Assembly (NCBI RefSeq): GCF_964194025.1
Contig: NC_134477.1
Location: forward strand, 3,224,001 to 3,288,000
Origin: Convolutriloba macropyga
Taxonomy: Eukaryota
Reading direction: 5' to 3'
Length of the DNA stretch: 64,000 nt
Part shown: positions 1 to 14,460 of the stretch, one piece after another
Layout of the letters: each line of letters begins with the position of its first letter
Numbering within the stretch: the stretch's first letter is position 1
Made by a program: the position numbers and the translations under genes
Notes under the pieces: model-generated
What the model was told of the DNA's origin: nothing
The model's input: the letters and a program-made list of their open reading frames with translations, nothing else
The model's database searches: none

Positions 1-312
1 GCAAACATTGTATTAGTTTTGATATTTTCTTTGATATAATTCTTGATAATTCTTGCTTAATCTTATGATTTCCTGCTACATCTTATTTTTGGGTGCTATT
101 CAATTTTTAATACTTGATATATTTTGCCATGTCATGGTTAGTCTTTCTTGGAAATCTTGCCAAAATCTTGTTTCTTGATAGCCATGCAAAGAACTTGCAA
201 GTTCGTACATATCTTGATGTTTTCTTGGTAAGTACCATGGCAAGATCTTGGCAAGATTTACCAAGATTTAGTATGTCTCTTATCAAGAGGTGCCAAGTTT
301 CACTTCACTGGG
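1..312. mobile_element. Right end of a probable non-autonomous DNA transposon with subterminal TCTTG/CAAGA repeats
   Basis: Dense short TCTTG and CAAGA repeats ending in ...CACTGGG; the left end lies outside the window. Confidence 0.3.
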
Positions 313-816
313 TCCGCAATCATAAAATTAACGATCAACATTGGATGCGAAAAGACATCCTAAAATGGTAGTTTCTACCATATAAGGGTACAGTACGAGT
401 TAGAGTTTAAGTCGCAATATTACAAATTCTTGTTATCATACTGTTGCAGAAGTTGGTTCGAGTCCCGTTTGACCTCATTTTAACGATCAGCTGGAACTAA
501 CAAAAATCATAAAGTTGTATACAAAGTTTAAAAGAACAAGCAGCACGCAAACATTTTTCCTCTAGGCCGGAGTTCTGTTTCGTAACACCCAATGCCGAGT
601 TATAATTCACCACCCCCCCCCCCCCCCCCCCACCCGCAAGACCGCTTTACAAAACCTCAGGTACAAGTAAACTATTATTTTATAATACATTACTGAGTAG
701 AGTGGTACATGCACACTGATTTATGATTTCATGCCCACTAAACAGTGGAATGGCAATGGCGATGGCGGTGGGGGGGGGGGGGTATGCTAAATGTGTTGTT
801 TAATTAATGTGATTAG

Positions 817-909
817 AGGAAGCACTACATATGACTGTGGGAAGATGACAACGTATGCTAACCAAGTGGCAGGTTGCGAATGCCCTTGCGACGATCAGAC
901 ATCTATAGG
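817..909 (+). CDS. Putative internal exon of a small Cys-rich host protein (GSTTYDCGKMTTYANQVAGCECPCDDQTSIG)
   Basis: TTAG acceptor at 813-816 and GG|GTAAG donor at 910; open frame; phase matches the exon at 1427. Confidence 0.5.
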
Positions 910-1426
910 GTAAGATGATATGGATCTTTTCCTTTTCCTAAAAACAATTTGTGATTTGAGCTAAGTTTGCAAGCTTTTGAAGAAAAACCGTAATGGTTGT
1001 GCCCAAAATTGACTTAGGAAAAAATGTAACTTTTTAGATGTGAGAAACAGGTACTGAGTTTCTATTCTTGAAGGTAAAAAAAGTTAAGGACAATAGTGAC
1101 TCAGCAAAATTCAGGCAGAAAAGAGTCGGAGATTTAAATTTTTCACACAAAAGCTTGTTGATGTTGTCAAATTACCCTGGAGCAGATAAAAATCTGTTCT
1201 TTGAAGTCTCTTTCCAATGAGACACTTCAACGACTCTGTTCCCTGAAAAAAACTCCAACTCTCCAGCTGTGTTCAGTCGTTTAAAATTTCTACCATAAAA
1301 ATTGACTCCTAAATCATATTTACGTCTCAATTGAAATTGTCCTTCATTATATTAGATAAAGTCGGTTAGTAGCTAAAATTTTAGTAATTATAATTCGCGC
1401 GCCGAGATATGTAGCCCTCTTCATAG

Positions 1427-1523
1427 ATTCCATAAGGCTGTGAGAAGAGCCCATGTCGAGTCACCTTCATCAATTGCGACCAGTGATGGCTGGAGCAGCC
1501 ACAAGTTTACATGTGGTTGTTAA
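1427..1523 (+). CDS. Putative last exon of the same gene (FHKAVRRAHVESPSSIATSDGWSSHKFTCGC*)
   Basis: Pyrimidine-rich CTCTTCATAG acceptor; phase-compatible with 817-909 (GG+A = Gly); ends in CGC then TAA. Confidence 0.5.
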
Positions 1524-2051
1524 CATTCATCTCCTATAGTTAAATGTTATCAGTCAGCCCTATGGAAAGCAAAACAAAATGCAAAACAAGATGCATAGTT
1601 ACATAAATTTACAAGGCCATCTCAATCGTACAAACCCCCAATTGCATGTAAATTCACGTCTCCAGTTTTTGAACACACAAATGACGTCACCGTTTAACAT
1701 GCACTGCAGCTACAGCGTCGAGCAGCAGCATTGCAAAGACACGATAGGAACTTTCACCCTATTCACCATTACTTCTTCTGCGTGCCTCTTTGCGTTTCAG
1801 TTCACAGACAAAAATCGTCCCGATTGACTTTGCGCTTGGTTTTAGGCAGACATGGGATCAAGTAGATGTATGTTGATGATACCTTAAAATTTTGCTATCT
1901 GTTTTGGATCAAAGACAAATTATCAGTTCAACCAAAAAGTGATAAGATTTTCAATCACTTATTTACAATATGTCAACAAAGTGGGGTAGAAAAACTTTTC
2001 CCCAGAGATGCAACCAACAAGCTTTGGCAGATATGAAGATTTTTTAGATCT

Positions 2052-2496
2052 TGTGAAGGCCGAGCATGAACGATTTCCACAAACATTCATTTCATTAAAA
2101 CAACTTTTATGTCGACATATTCTGTTTCTAAATTGCTTACATTTGTAAACGTGTAAAATGAGCCCCCAAACGTGTGAACAGGCTGACCGGGTTAAAATTT
2201 TAACAAAACGAGGTCACTAAAACTGCTGTATACCAAAATTGCGTTTTACACCTGGTAACAACAAAGTGTTAGTTTGACTTTTCTAAAAAATCACAGCTGC
2301 TGCCACTTATACAGAAGTGAAGTGAAAGAACTAAGACTCGTGAAATTCCGCATAGATCTGATTCCACGCACTTCAGAGCTTAATAAAAGTAAGTGTGTGT
2401 GTGTGTCGCAGATTGCAGTGAACAATCAGAAAATTAAGCTTGAGCTTTGTTGTGATCATAGAAACCGGGTTCAGTTTTGTGGAAAAACGGGAGCTC
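2052..2496 (+). repeat. 5' LTR of the BEL/Pao element (3' boundary approximate)
   Basis: Aligns with 9180-9577 at roughly 90-95% identity by eye; followed by TGGCTTCAGCAG, a PBS candidate. Confidence 0.8.
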
Positions 2497-4427
2497 TGGC
2501 TTCAGCAGAACACAAGATTTGTCAGTTGAAGTCAGGTTGGCTTTGAAAGAACTAAGAAAACTATTTTCACAAGGAAATCCAGTCTGCCTAACAATCTCAC
2601 TTGAGCAGTAAAATACTGTGTCTTGCTAACGTGAAACTTGTAATTTATCTAGCCATCGATTTGGTCTTGAAAGTTTGAGTAACTTGAGAGAAAGGAAAAT
2701 AAAGAACCTCTGATAGCCGAAAATTAGGGTGACAAAAATTCCTCTTCTTTGACCAGACGAACGACTTATAATCAGTTCTTTGAAAGTAATAGGCGGTGAA
2801 AGATAGATTTTCAGTTCACAGACTTGAGTTTTCCAAACCAAAAATCTAGATGCTACGTCATCTCTATGGCTCCGGCCCCAGTAACTAACGAAGGACCTCT
2901 GTTTTGACCAACAATTCAAGTCCGCTTACGGCAAACGACGGGTTCTCCTCTGTGAATTGTGTTCTATTCTGAAACCGAATGTACCCCCGTTTAGAAATAT
3001 AAACAGTGAGCAACCTATAGGGATACAAATTTTGGTTTTGAATAGCCCCAAACTGAATTATTGAGTTGTTAACCAAAACTCAGAAAAATTGTTTATTTAG
3101 TTGGAACTTACTGAGTAATTCCAGCAACTGATTTTATTATTCAGCAAAGTTGAACGATTAGTTATTTGGACTAAAAAACAACGTTTAATGCATTAATGCA
3201 ACGGTAATTTACAGAAAAGCGGTTATGAAGTTACAAAAGCGAACTGCACAACTTACTAACCCGACAGCTTGTAAACCGATAATAACGAACTGGGCGGTAT
3301 AAAACTTTCCTTGTGACTGATAGGAAAGCAGCCGTTACATTTGGTCCGCCGAACCGGACAGTGGAATACAAACCGCTGTCTGATCTCGAACAAAACAAAA
3401 GGCCAACGAGACAATTCGAGTTGCTTAGTCAAACGACGTTGAGGTGCCAACGTTGTCGAAAACAAAACCACGGGACAAAAAAACGTCAAACTGCGGCGTC
3501 AAACTAAACAAATTGTGACTCGGTCACGTAGTCACAGCAACCCTGAGAGACAAATCAATCACTGCGCAAAGCAGATTGAGCTGAAGGAGAAAGAAGGATA
3601 CGAACTGATAAAAAAAAGAATCGGCTTAGCAAAGTTAAAACAGTATATAACCAAATTTTGCAATTCAATAACAGCCTAGAGAAGCTACTTGACAAGAGAG
3701 GTGATATCTTTAACAATTTGGAATTCTACCGACGACACAAAATCCAACAACGCGAATTTTTCATCAACTTAGAAGCGGATTGGTTGCCATATATCCACGG
3801 CCAGACAAGCATGGCGGATCAGCAGAATCAGACCCTTCTTTAAAGCAGGGCTGCAGAGCTAAACAATAAGATTCCAAGATCTATGGGAGGAACGTCCCAA
3901 AATGCTGTTAAGAATCAACAAAAGGAAAACCAGGACAACGAGTCCAAAGCGTCTTCCGATAAAAGGGCAAAGCAAGCAGAGAAGCTTGCAGCTCTAGAAA
4001 AAAAAAATTAACACCAAAATGCGTCTGAAAAAAATTGAATATGTAATGAAGCAGAAGGAGCTGGAGATGGAACTGCACCGTTTGGCAGAAGATGGTGCGC
4101 TCAAACTGCAATACGAAAAAGAAACCCTTGATCCCAAGATTCTGGTTCTGATGATGGTGCCGCGCCTAGTATAAGAAATCGATCGCCTTTCAATTGGAAA
4201 AATCCGAAGAGCAAGGACGTCTTTGGCTGGCTCGACCAATCAGATAATTTGCAAACTTCAAAGACTGTATTTTTGATCATACAAAGAACGGTCACAAAAA
4301 CTATCGAGTCAGTTTTGATCGAGAAAGCCTACTCAAATCCAGATCCCCAAACGGCGACCGTTTCAAACTCAACCGTTTAACCGACCGGTCTGAGTGCAAT
4401 GTACTAAGCAGTAGTCACCTACCAAAG

Positions 4428-7400
4428 TTGAAGTTAAATTCTTTTGACGGCAACCAACTCGAGTGGCCGGAATGGTCGAACATGTTTGTAGCAACCGTTC
4501 ATAACCGTGAAATACCTAGCTCAGAGAAAATGAGCCACTTGAAAACATTGTTAACTGGCATAGCAAGAGCGGCTATAGCAAGTGTGGGCTACTCCGGAGA
4601 TCTATATGGTGAAGCTTGGGCTTTATTGGAACGGAGGTTTGGCCGACCTTACCTAATTGTTGAAGCACAACTCAATACTTTGCGAAATCAACAGGCGATC
4701 CGAATGCATGATTAAAAAGCTTTAGTCAGTTATTCAACAACCATCAGAAACGTAGTCAGTGTTCTGAAGCACTACAAATATGAAGGCAACTTGCAATCTA
4801 GTGCAACACTGCAAATCGCGATTGAAAAATTGCGCCCTAATCTGAAGAAATGGTGGTTCTATGTAGATGAAACCAATGAGCTCCGACCAGATCTCTGTCT
4901 CATAGAGAACTGGCTATCAAGAATGTCATTCGTTTACGAAGGCATGTCGCAGCCCACAGGGGAACGTAAGGAGGATCATCGACGAAATGCGAACAAAACC
5001 AAGCAGTTCTCTAAATCATCGAATTTATGTGCGAGTTCAAAAGTAAGGGAAGCGCAGGCAACGATTAGCGATCACTGCTCATTACCCGATGAAACGCACA
5101 AAATTTGGAACTGTCTTTTGTTCAAGAACATGAACGTGAATGATCGTTATGCAGCTGTAAGGAAGCAACGCCTGTGTTACGGATGTCTGGGAAAAGGACA
5201 TGCGATCAAAGATTGTAAAGTCAACGCTTGTGGTATGAATGGATATACCAAAAAGCACAACCGATTGCTACACTCAGAAAACCAAATGGACGAGGGCAAT
5301 CACGCAGTCAACGTAAGCGCAGCAACAATCAGTCAAAATAACGAAGTTACGAGTTTTCTTCAGATAGTTCCAGTCTCATTTCAGAGTGGCAGCAACAGGT
5401 TAAACACATATGCTTTCCTCGATAGTGGATCAACGGTATCATTCATCGACCGAAGCGTTAATGAGAAGTTGCGAGCCAATGGCACCGATGTTTCACTCAA
5501 CATAGCTGACATACACGGAACGAAAGATTTGAAGACAGAAATGATGTCCATAAAAAAAGGGACCGCATTCAAAAGTACATTCGATAGAAGCGTTTGTACA
5601 CCCGTAAATTTCATTGGGAACCACAAACTACGACTACAACAAACTGAGGCAAAGTTTCAACCACTTGAACGTTCTCCCAAACAAAACGTTCAACTTGATG
5701 GACGTCGGCGTCATTCTCGGTCAAGATGCTTAAGAGCTACAGAGACTATTGGACTACAGGGTAGGAACGCGAAGTGATGCTTTCGGCGTTTTAACAGAAT
5801 TAGGATGGGTGGTCAGTGGACCCATGACGGACAAGAGAAGACAAAATGTTTGTCATTTTGCCTTCACAGAAGATGTGCAAGTGGCTGAGAATATCCAAAA
5901 ATGGTGGGACATAGAAACCTATGGTTCCAAAATTGACGTCGTCATTCAGTCAAAGAAGGAACTGCATGCACAGAAGATGCTAGAGAGTACGACAAAGTTC
6001 ACAGGTGAGCGGCACAAAGTGGGAATGCTCTGGAGTGAACCCGAGCCCAACCTGCCGAACAATTACAGCTCAGCCTTGGGTCAGCTTCACTCACTGGAGC
6101 GAAGATTCCAAATGGACCCGAACCTTTAAAGTTTGTATCAACAGTCGATAGATACAGACGTAGAGAAGGGATTCGTAAAAATATTGGACGAGTCTGATGT
6201 GAAAGGACACTTCGGGAAAGATTGGTATTTGCCACACCATCCAGTGCAAAACCCGAACAAGCCTGGCAAAGTGAGACGTGTTTGCAATGCTGCATCGAAG
6301 TACACTGGTGTATGCCTAAACGACAAGCTACTAGCAGGGCCTGACCTACTGCATGATTTGATTGGAACTATTTTCAGATTTCCTGAAAGACCAGTAGCCC
6401 TAACAGCAGATATTGAATCGATGTTTCTACAAGTGCAAGTTCCCCAGCAGGATAAAAAATGCATGAGGTTTCTATGGCGCCAAAAAACTAATGAACCTGT
6501 TCAAATATATGAAATTCAGCGTCACGTGTTTGGAGCTAAGAGTTCTCCAACTTGCGCAAACTATGCTCTCAAACGAGTGGGACTCGATAACGAAGAAGTG
6601 TATCCAATTGCATCAAAAGCAATAAAAAACAACTTTTACATGGACGATTTCATCAAATCAGTAGAAACCCCTGAAGAGGCAATTGAAGTCTTCATTCAAT
6701 TGCGACCTCTTCTTTCGCAGCATGACTTTCAACTTACAAAGTGGATAAGCAACAGCGATGAGGTCTGCAAAGCAATCCCAATCGACTTGAAATCAATCAG
6801 CAACACGAAGCAAGTCGAAGTGGAATTCAATACAGAGGGATCCTCAGTGCTTGGACTACAATGGACTGTTCCTGATGATAGTGTTCAAGTCTGCTGAGGT
6901 ACGAACAGGGATGTTGAAGCCCCTATAACCCGGAGGAAGATTTTGTCACTGGTATCTTCTGTATTTGACCCAATCGGATTGTTTGCTCCGTTCAGCGTTA
7001 CCATGAGACAACTTCTCAAAGGCATCTGGACTAAAAATGGTCAACATTGGGACAACCAAGTGGAGCCTGGTGAAGTAGCAGAGTTCTTGAGGTGGAAGGA
7101 ACAACTTCTAAATGTAGCTGAAACAAGCATTGATAGAAGATACTTCAACACAGAGAGGGATAAAACCGAACTTCATGTGTTTGCTGATGCACTTGAAGAC
7201 ACAATGTGTGCAGTGGCCTATCTAAGATCCCAACCAAAGGAATGCTCAGCCGATTTAGCATTTTTAATTGGAAAATGCAGAGTGGCACCGATGAGGCATC
7301 TTTCAAGACCACGATTGAATGGCAGTGAGATTGAAAGAACAGATAGTCAAGGAACAAGAAATGAAGATAAATAGTTGCAGATTTTAGTGAGAATCATCTA

Positions 7401-9198
7401 CGGTATTGCAGTGGACACACAGTTTCCATCATAAGCAGCAAGTGTTTGTGGCCTATCAAGTGGCTGAGATACTAGATACAACTGATGTTTCACAGTGGAA
7501 GCATGTGAGCGGTATCAACAACCCAGCGGACATTGGCACCAGAGCAATCAACATTGAGGAACTCAAAAGAAGTGAGTGGATCAAAAGGCCGGCCTGGTTA
7601 AGCAACCAGAATGTGAATGGCCAGAGCAAGTGAACCTAATCGTTGCCTCAGATGAAGAGAACATACCTTCATCAGTCTTCATGACACAAGCTGATAAAAA
7701 GAAAGCGGTTATTCAGTGGGAACGATTCAGCAATTTTAACAGAATAGTGAATACAATGGCATACGTACGGCGGGCATTCAGCAAATACAAACCAGCAACA
7801 CTGTTAGTCAGTATTGAAGAAATAGAAAAAGCAAAAGCAAGCATCCTCAAGTTATTACAGCGAGAACAGTTTGGTGAAGAGATGAAGTCTCCGAAAATTG
7901 AACAAGAAATCCCAAAAAGCAGGAAAACTCTACAATTCTCACCTTACCTGGATGAGGAAGGTCTTATTCGTGCCAAAAGCAGAGTAGGTAAAAGTCAATT
8001 GGGCTTTAACATAAACATCCAATATTGTTACATTGGAAATATCATGCAATTGAATTGTTGTTGCGAAACGAGCACAAGAACAATCAACACGAATGCACAG
8101 AGCATGTCAGAAACATTGTTCAGCAGAAGATGTGGATCCTAGGCATACGAAACGTTTTACAATCAATCAAGAACAAGTGTGTTACCTGCAGAAAAAGCAG
8201 AGCACAAACGATAACACCAGTAATGGCAGATCTACACGAAGAGCGTTTAGATGCGTCAACCGCCTTTACAAATATTGGAGTTGACCACTTTGGCCCTTTC
8301 ACTGTGAAGATTGGTCGAAGAAAAGAAAAGCGATGGTGTTGTCTGTTCACATGTCTAACTGTGAGAGCGGTGCACATAGAAGTGGTACACAAATTAGACA
8401 CGGATAGCTGTCTCAATGCAATCTTGCGATTTATTGCACGAACAGGCAAACCCAGCACGATCATCAGTGACAACGTAACAGACTTTGTTGGAGGTGAACG
8501 AGAGTTTGCAGATTACGTTGCTGCATGGAACGAAGAACGGATTGAGAAACATCTAATTCAGCAAGAAATTAGATGGAAGTTCAACCCACCCGCAGCACCC
8601 CACTTTGGAGGGGTATGGGAACGGTTGGTCAGAAGTTGCAAGAAGGCAATGTATGAGGAACAGATCAGTCACAGAGGACGTTCTTTCAACAACGATGTGT
8701 ATTGTGGAGCAAACATTGAATGCAAGACCGTTGACTCCCGTAAGTTCAGATGTCAATGACCTAGAAGCACTGACCCCCAATCACTTCCTGCTGGGCAACA
8801 CGAATGTTTGCTTACCATACCTACCATGCGCAGAAGAATTTGTCGATCATCGAAAGCTCTTTAGACAAACTCAAGCCTATGCAAATCTCATTTGGGACAG
8901 ATTTCGAAAAGAGTAAATACCAACGTTGAACAACCGGCAAAAGTGGCGATCTACAGCAAACCTTACAGAAGGAGATATCGTTTGGTTGGTCGAAGACAGT
9001 GACAAGCGAGGATATAATAATCTGGGTCCGGTCACGGAGACCATCGAAGGGTCCGACGGAGTGATTCGATCAGCGAAAGTTCGAACGGACTACGGAGTTT
9101 ACAACAGACCAGTGGTGAAGCTCGCTCCTGTGTCACCAAACAGTAAAGATGTTTTCGTGATGGAAAACAGGGCCGGCGATGTGAAGGCCGAGCATTAA
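4428..9198 (+). pseudogene. Fragmented BEL/Pao gag-pol
   Basis: ORF pieces: LNSFDGNQLEWPEW (gag), CYGCLGKGHAIKDC, AFLDSGS, WYLPHHPV...NFYMDDF, NNPADIGTR, GVDHFGP...IISDN...GGVWERLV; many stops and frameshifts. Confidence 0.95.
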
Positions 9199-9577
9199 TG
9201 AATTCCTCAAACTTTCATTTCATTAAAACAATTTTTATGTCGGCATATTTTGTTTCTAAATTGCTTACATTTGTAAACGTGTAAAAAGAGCCCCCAAAAG
9301 TGCGAACAGGCTGACCGGGTTAAAATTTTAACAAAACGAGGTCACTAAAACTGCTGTATACCAAAATTGCGTTTTACACCTGTTAACAACAAAGTGTTAG
9401 TTTGACTTTTCCAAAAAATCACAGCTGCTGTCACTTATACAGAAGTGAAGTGAAAGACTAAGACTGAAATTCTGCATAGATCTGATTCCACGCACTTCAA
9501 AGCTTAATAAAAGTAAGTGTGTGTGCGTGTCGCAGATTGTTGTGAACAATCAGAAAATTAAGCCTGAGCTTTGTTGT
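9180..9577 (+). repeat. 3' LTR of the BEL/Pao element, 3'-truncated
   Basis: Preceded by purine-rich GGAAAACAGGGCCGGCGA; homology to the 5' LTR stops after GAGCTTTGTTGT, so no terminal CA or TSD is recoverable. Confidence 0.85.
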
Positions 9578-12076
9578 TGTCGCGCTATTCTTGTTGTTTC
9601 GCCCCCTCAAAGCTGTCTCTCTGCACATGATGAGTGATTTTTTTGAAAAATCCTTTCTTTTCTTTTTCGTAAGTATTTTTAAGTAAAATCTGTATTTTGT
9701 GTAGGTTCAGAGTTTGTATTTCAATCATGGTTGGTTGAGATAACTATCTCACAGTAGCCTAGATTAGCTGACAGAATGTATACCAGAAGGTAAATTGGTA
9801 AAGACAAAGCACATTAAAATAAAATTTGATGAGATATCTGTAACAAAACACTAGAGGTATGACCCATGAACTGAGTTTTTATCCACCAGCAGTATTGTTT
9901 GGTAATCAAAATGATAACTATGGGAGCTCTTCTATAGAATTATACCTAAGTTGAATCATTGCTTCAAAGATTTTATTGCATAAATTCTGATAAGATTTTT
10001 TCTACATTTCATGAGATCTAAGAAATTAGTTATCCGACAGTGAATAAAAAAGAACAAATGTTTGCTTGGCAAAGTTACCAATTGTAAAATTTAATCGTGA
10101 GGAACAAAAACCAATCAAAAATGTCTGAATTGCAAAGTGAAACTTTTAGCGAATTACCTTAATGGAAAGATACTAGTCGGGCACAATTTGCTTAAAATGG
10201 TGGTTACTCAATTAGTTTCGATGAAAAACAACCAAAAATCAAAAAATCTGAAAAAAAACAAAGATTTTCGACTGCTTCATCAGCAACCCAAGCTTAGAGA
10301 TTTTTGACGGAAATTTGTTTTTTTTTTAATTCAAGAATTCTTCTTTATAGGTTCTATAAGATTTGATGACTTCCAATCGAACCATCTCGTAAGACTTTTA
10401 ATTATGAACTTGTTTTAAACTTTTTCATTGACTAATCATTATTTTATTCATCTTACACAATAAAATTCCTGAATCGCATTTCAAGCGTTCATTTTTATCT
10501 GCAGTTAATAATATTTCTCAATAGGACTTTTTCAATAACTAAGAACAAGTAATGTAGAGTTGAAGATGAGAGTACTGGTCATCCCGAACAAAAAACAAAA
10601 CCTTTATAAAGATTCACAATGATTTGGTCTACCGCCACCCTCAGGATGACATGATACGTTTTTCGTCTGTTTCAGTCCAGTAAGTGGGAAGTCTTGGAAC
10701 AGTGCAGACCATCACGTGTACTCTGTCGTGAAGGGCAGACAGCCGACTACCAAAGAAGACATCAAAAGCGATCACACAGGAATTTATTATATGTCTCCTT
10801 TGTTTAATGCTTAAAATTTAAAAAAAATTGAAGTTTTTTTTCTAAGAGGTCATCTATTTTTGTTCGGTCTTTCAACATCATGATAGCAGCATCCTTTTTG
10901 CGCCCGCTGTCCAAGCGCATGTGGTATTCTTTCCAGAAATAAAATACACTGAGAAAACGCAAACAGTTTACACCGGGGGGTTCATAACCGGCACCAGGGT
11001 GAACAAATTTAATAAGCAGACTTAGCCCCCTCCCCGTCCTCTTCCAGTACCCTAGATAGTCGCATTTCCAATTAATGGGGGAGGAGTGCGGAACCAATTT
11101 TAAATTAATAAACATAAAGTTGATTGCTTTATTATAATTGTGCACCCTTTTGTATACAAGATCTTTCTTCAAAGCTGGAGACCTTGCTTTTATAATCTTT
11201 GGCGAAGCTCTTTCGAAATTATAACTGAACGTAACGAAAAAGTATGCTGGGTCAAATAGACGCCAAAATAAACAAATCTCTTGCTCGCCCGTTCTTTTAA
11301 CAATTCAAATATTTCAATTCAAAATTTGATTGAAAAGTATTAGTCTAGGAAAAAATAACCTCCATGTTAACGTATTTTTGTCGTGAGAATTTTTTTAAGT
11401 TCATATAGATTTATGTCAAGCCCATATGGGCCTATGAAACATGGCAATGACCCACAAGGCATGGCCAAAATCGCTAAATGCGCTGCTCTTTTATTATTCA
11501 ATTACGGGCTCATTTCCTTGGTGTAATCTTCCTTGGGGTTTTTCCCCACTGAAATCAGCTGGGGTTTCTTTTCCGTGGTTTTTTCTCCAAAACCCGAAAA
11601 TTATAGCCAGATGCAACGGGATAAATAAACTTACTTTCAGTTAGAATTCATTTCGCTTTTATTATAATCATCATTTAACTAAAAGTTAACAGACTGCAAT
11701 TTTTTGAAAAAAAATAGTTAAAAATAATAATTTAAGAGAGACGTGTTTCACTCGCACAGAGCTGCTTTGCCCCGCATGCAAGGGTCGTGAACAACCTGAC
11801 GACGGTTCTCAAACAATCAGACTAACAGAAGAAAACGTTGAACAAATTGTTCGCATGATGAAGAAGTCCTCCCGAAGGCGACCTGTTCACGTGAGGTGCG
11901 GTTCAGACAAGTGTGACTGTGCTTACCACTACCTGCGAAATGGTCAACTGTGTTGTACGAAAAAGCCACGAAAGAAGACCAAAAGTTTGAACGCCCCAAT
12001 GGCTGTTGTTTAACGATAAATTGTTTTTTTCTATCACTTTTGGGATCTTTTCCATTAATGCCTCGTTAGATTAGTG

Positions 12077-12253
12077 GGATCTATTCTATTTTGACCCCCC
12101 CCCCCCCAGCTTAGTGGGCTTATATATTTTACGCCCCCTGGCGCGCGTGCTATTTTTTTACATAGTAAGGTGCTATATAACAACATATAATTTGTAAACG
12201 GGGGGGGGGGGCGCTGGCGTAAAAAACATTGGGATACCAAAACAGAATAGATT
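12077..12253. mobile_element. MITE, GGATC-TIR family
   Basis: GGATCTATTCT ... AGAATAGAT ends, poly-C/poly-G subterminal tracts and a CAGCTTAGTGGG motif shared with the other copies. Confidence 0.7.
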
Positions 12254-13329
12254 ACGGGTTAGAAATATATTTAAAGTCCCAAAAACTTGTAGTTATCTGT
12301 ACAAAACAATGTGCTGTTTATAAGTAAGAGATCAAATTCCAGTAGGCTCGGGTTATCCAGGGTGTGGGGTAGGTGATACTTGGGCATTAACGGAAAATTA
12401 ACTCTTCCTTAGATGTTAAGGAACTAAAAACTTACAATTTATATTTCGTTTGCAGTTCAGTTTTGCTCTGAAGGATTATTGTTCCGACATTACTTGTAAT
12501 GAGGTAATTATATTGTAGGCCGTCATATTTTCTCCAGACCAAATCAATATTTAGCAAAAATTTTTTTGCGTTCTAGACAGATTAGAATGATATCATTTAA
12601 AAGCTCATTAAGTGTAGAATTTTAGCACAAGAAGAAATAAAATTAAATTGAGGTGTATGTATTGGTAATTCAAACTTGGTTTTGACGCCTTTGTGAACTT
12701 TTTCAAGTATTTCAAAAACATTTTTTGCATTTTTTTTGTTGTTCCATCTTAATAGGCAAACAAAATTTCTTAAGATTTTATCAGATGAGTAAACATGTGT
12801 ATTGTAGTAAAGTCAAAATCGTTTTGAAAACGATAATACCGGGATGCTTCCTCGAACTTGGTGCAACTATAAATTTGTTCACAATTTTTGTCTTTTTCCC
12901 ATCTTGATATCCAAAGTCAAGCAAGATTCTGTTGGGCTGTAAATTGTTTAATTTGTAGCAATATGACAAGATTGGTAAAAAACATTAACAGATGTTATTG
13001 TACAAAATTCTATTCTCGTTTTTCTTCAGTCCTTTGCTTTTTCATCTATGTTTGAACCAAAAGTGGTCAAGAGGATTTCTTGTTCTGTTTTCCAGCGAAC
13101 AATTGTTCTCTTTTCCAGCGAAAAAAACTGTTTTTTGATACTCTAAAGATCAAGAATGGGTGAAAATGCTTGTTCACTTGTCATTTTTATTTATTTTTTC
13201 AGTTTTTTATTTTGTTTGGGTTTGAATGATCAAAAAAACTCTTCAGAATGACTACAGTTGCCGCGATTTGTAATTTTTGACGAAATTGAAATTGTTGAGT
13301 GGAAAAGTTCTTGACTGCGAAATTTTTTG

Positions 13330-14460
13330 ATTGCAAAGGAAACAGTGCTGATTAGGATCTTGAGGGGAATTATTTTTCTTCAACTTTTCTCTTCTATTTT
13401 TATAATTTTAAAATTGATTCCCTGTTTGAATGTAAGACCTTTCATTTAGTCTGATATCGAAATTTTGGAATATGCGTATTCAGGTTTCTTTTCTGGATTT
13501 GCGCCGCTATGATATTGTTTTTTAACACTGATTTCACACTGCTGTTTGCTGCAATTGAGCGCTTCAAACAGTTTGAACAAAAAACATCAGTTTTTCCAGC
13601 TGTGAATGTAATTACAATGCTTTAAGAATCTGTCGAATTTGATTAGGTTGATAGGTGCACATGATTTGAAGAAAAAAGAAATGACACAAAATGGATTTTT
13701 AAAGATTTTTGTTTGTGCCGATTTAGATAAAGATGTCCAAACTTGGCATCAGTCTCAGATCGCAATGCTCCACTGCCACTGACATTTTTTAGTAATAGAG
13801 AAAAGTTTCTGTCTTTGTCAGCTAGAAAACATTACTGAATTTATGGTTGGCAGTTTTTTTAACACAAGTGTCCAATAAAAATTTTCCGGACTTAGCGGGG
13901 GAAAATTTAACAATTGAAAGTTGATTTCAAAAGAAACAATCTGATTAGTTATTGTCTTTCTTCAACTTTTTTTTCCTCCTGTTTTCATAATTAACTTGAT
14001 TCTCTGTTTGAACGTTAGAGCTTTCAGTTAGTCTGATATCTAGATCCAAAATTTTGGAATAGGCGTATTCAGGTTTTTTTTAGGTTTGCACCGCTAAAAT
14101 GTTGTTTATTAATATTGACTTTACATTGGTCAGTATTTCAAGATGTTAATGTATTTTCAGTGCTTTTAAAAACTGTCGAATTATTTTAGTTTAGAATTGG
14201 TTCACATAATTTGAAAAAGAAATAGAATTTTTGACACAAAATGGGGTTTTCAACGATTTTTGTTTTTTTCCCAAACAAGATAAAATGTTCATACTTGACA
14301 TCAGTCTCTGTCCGCAAAGTTCCACTAACAATTTTTCTAATATGGAAAAAATATTCATTTTGTCAGCCATAAAAGAGTACTGAATTTATAGTTTGCAGTT
14401 TTTTTAATTCAAGTGTCCAATGACAATTAGCTAGACTTAGTGGAAAAAGTTTTAAGAATT
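13330..14460. repeat. Diverged tandem duplication, unit about 0.55-0.6 kb
   Basis: Blocks such as TTAGTCTGATATC, AAATTTTGGAATA.GCGTATTCAGG, GACACAAAATGG and CAAGTGTCCAAT occur twice in the same order. Confidence 0.75.

Larger units (their letters stand above)
2052..9577 (+). mobile_element. BEL/Pao LTR retrotransposon, degenerate
   Basis: LTRs start TGTGAAGGCCGAGCAT at 2052 and 9180. Internal region shows DUF1759-type gag, BEL triple Cys/His knuckle region, protease LDSGS, RT YMDD, RNase H LHVFADA and integrase motifs. Confidence 0.95.

Noticed and set aside
440-475. B-box-like GGTTCGAGTCC (also GGTTCGACCC near 17973) suggesting tRNA or SINE
   Set aside because: No cloverleaf or convincing A-box could be built.
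10640-12000. Possible minus-strand host exons (e.g. ...DRVHVMVCTVPRLPTYWTETDEKRIMSS*)
   Set aside because: Coding-like, but I could not join them with credible splice sites or assign a family; left uncalled.
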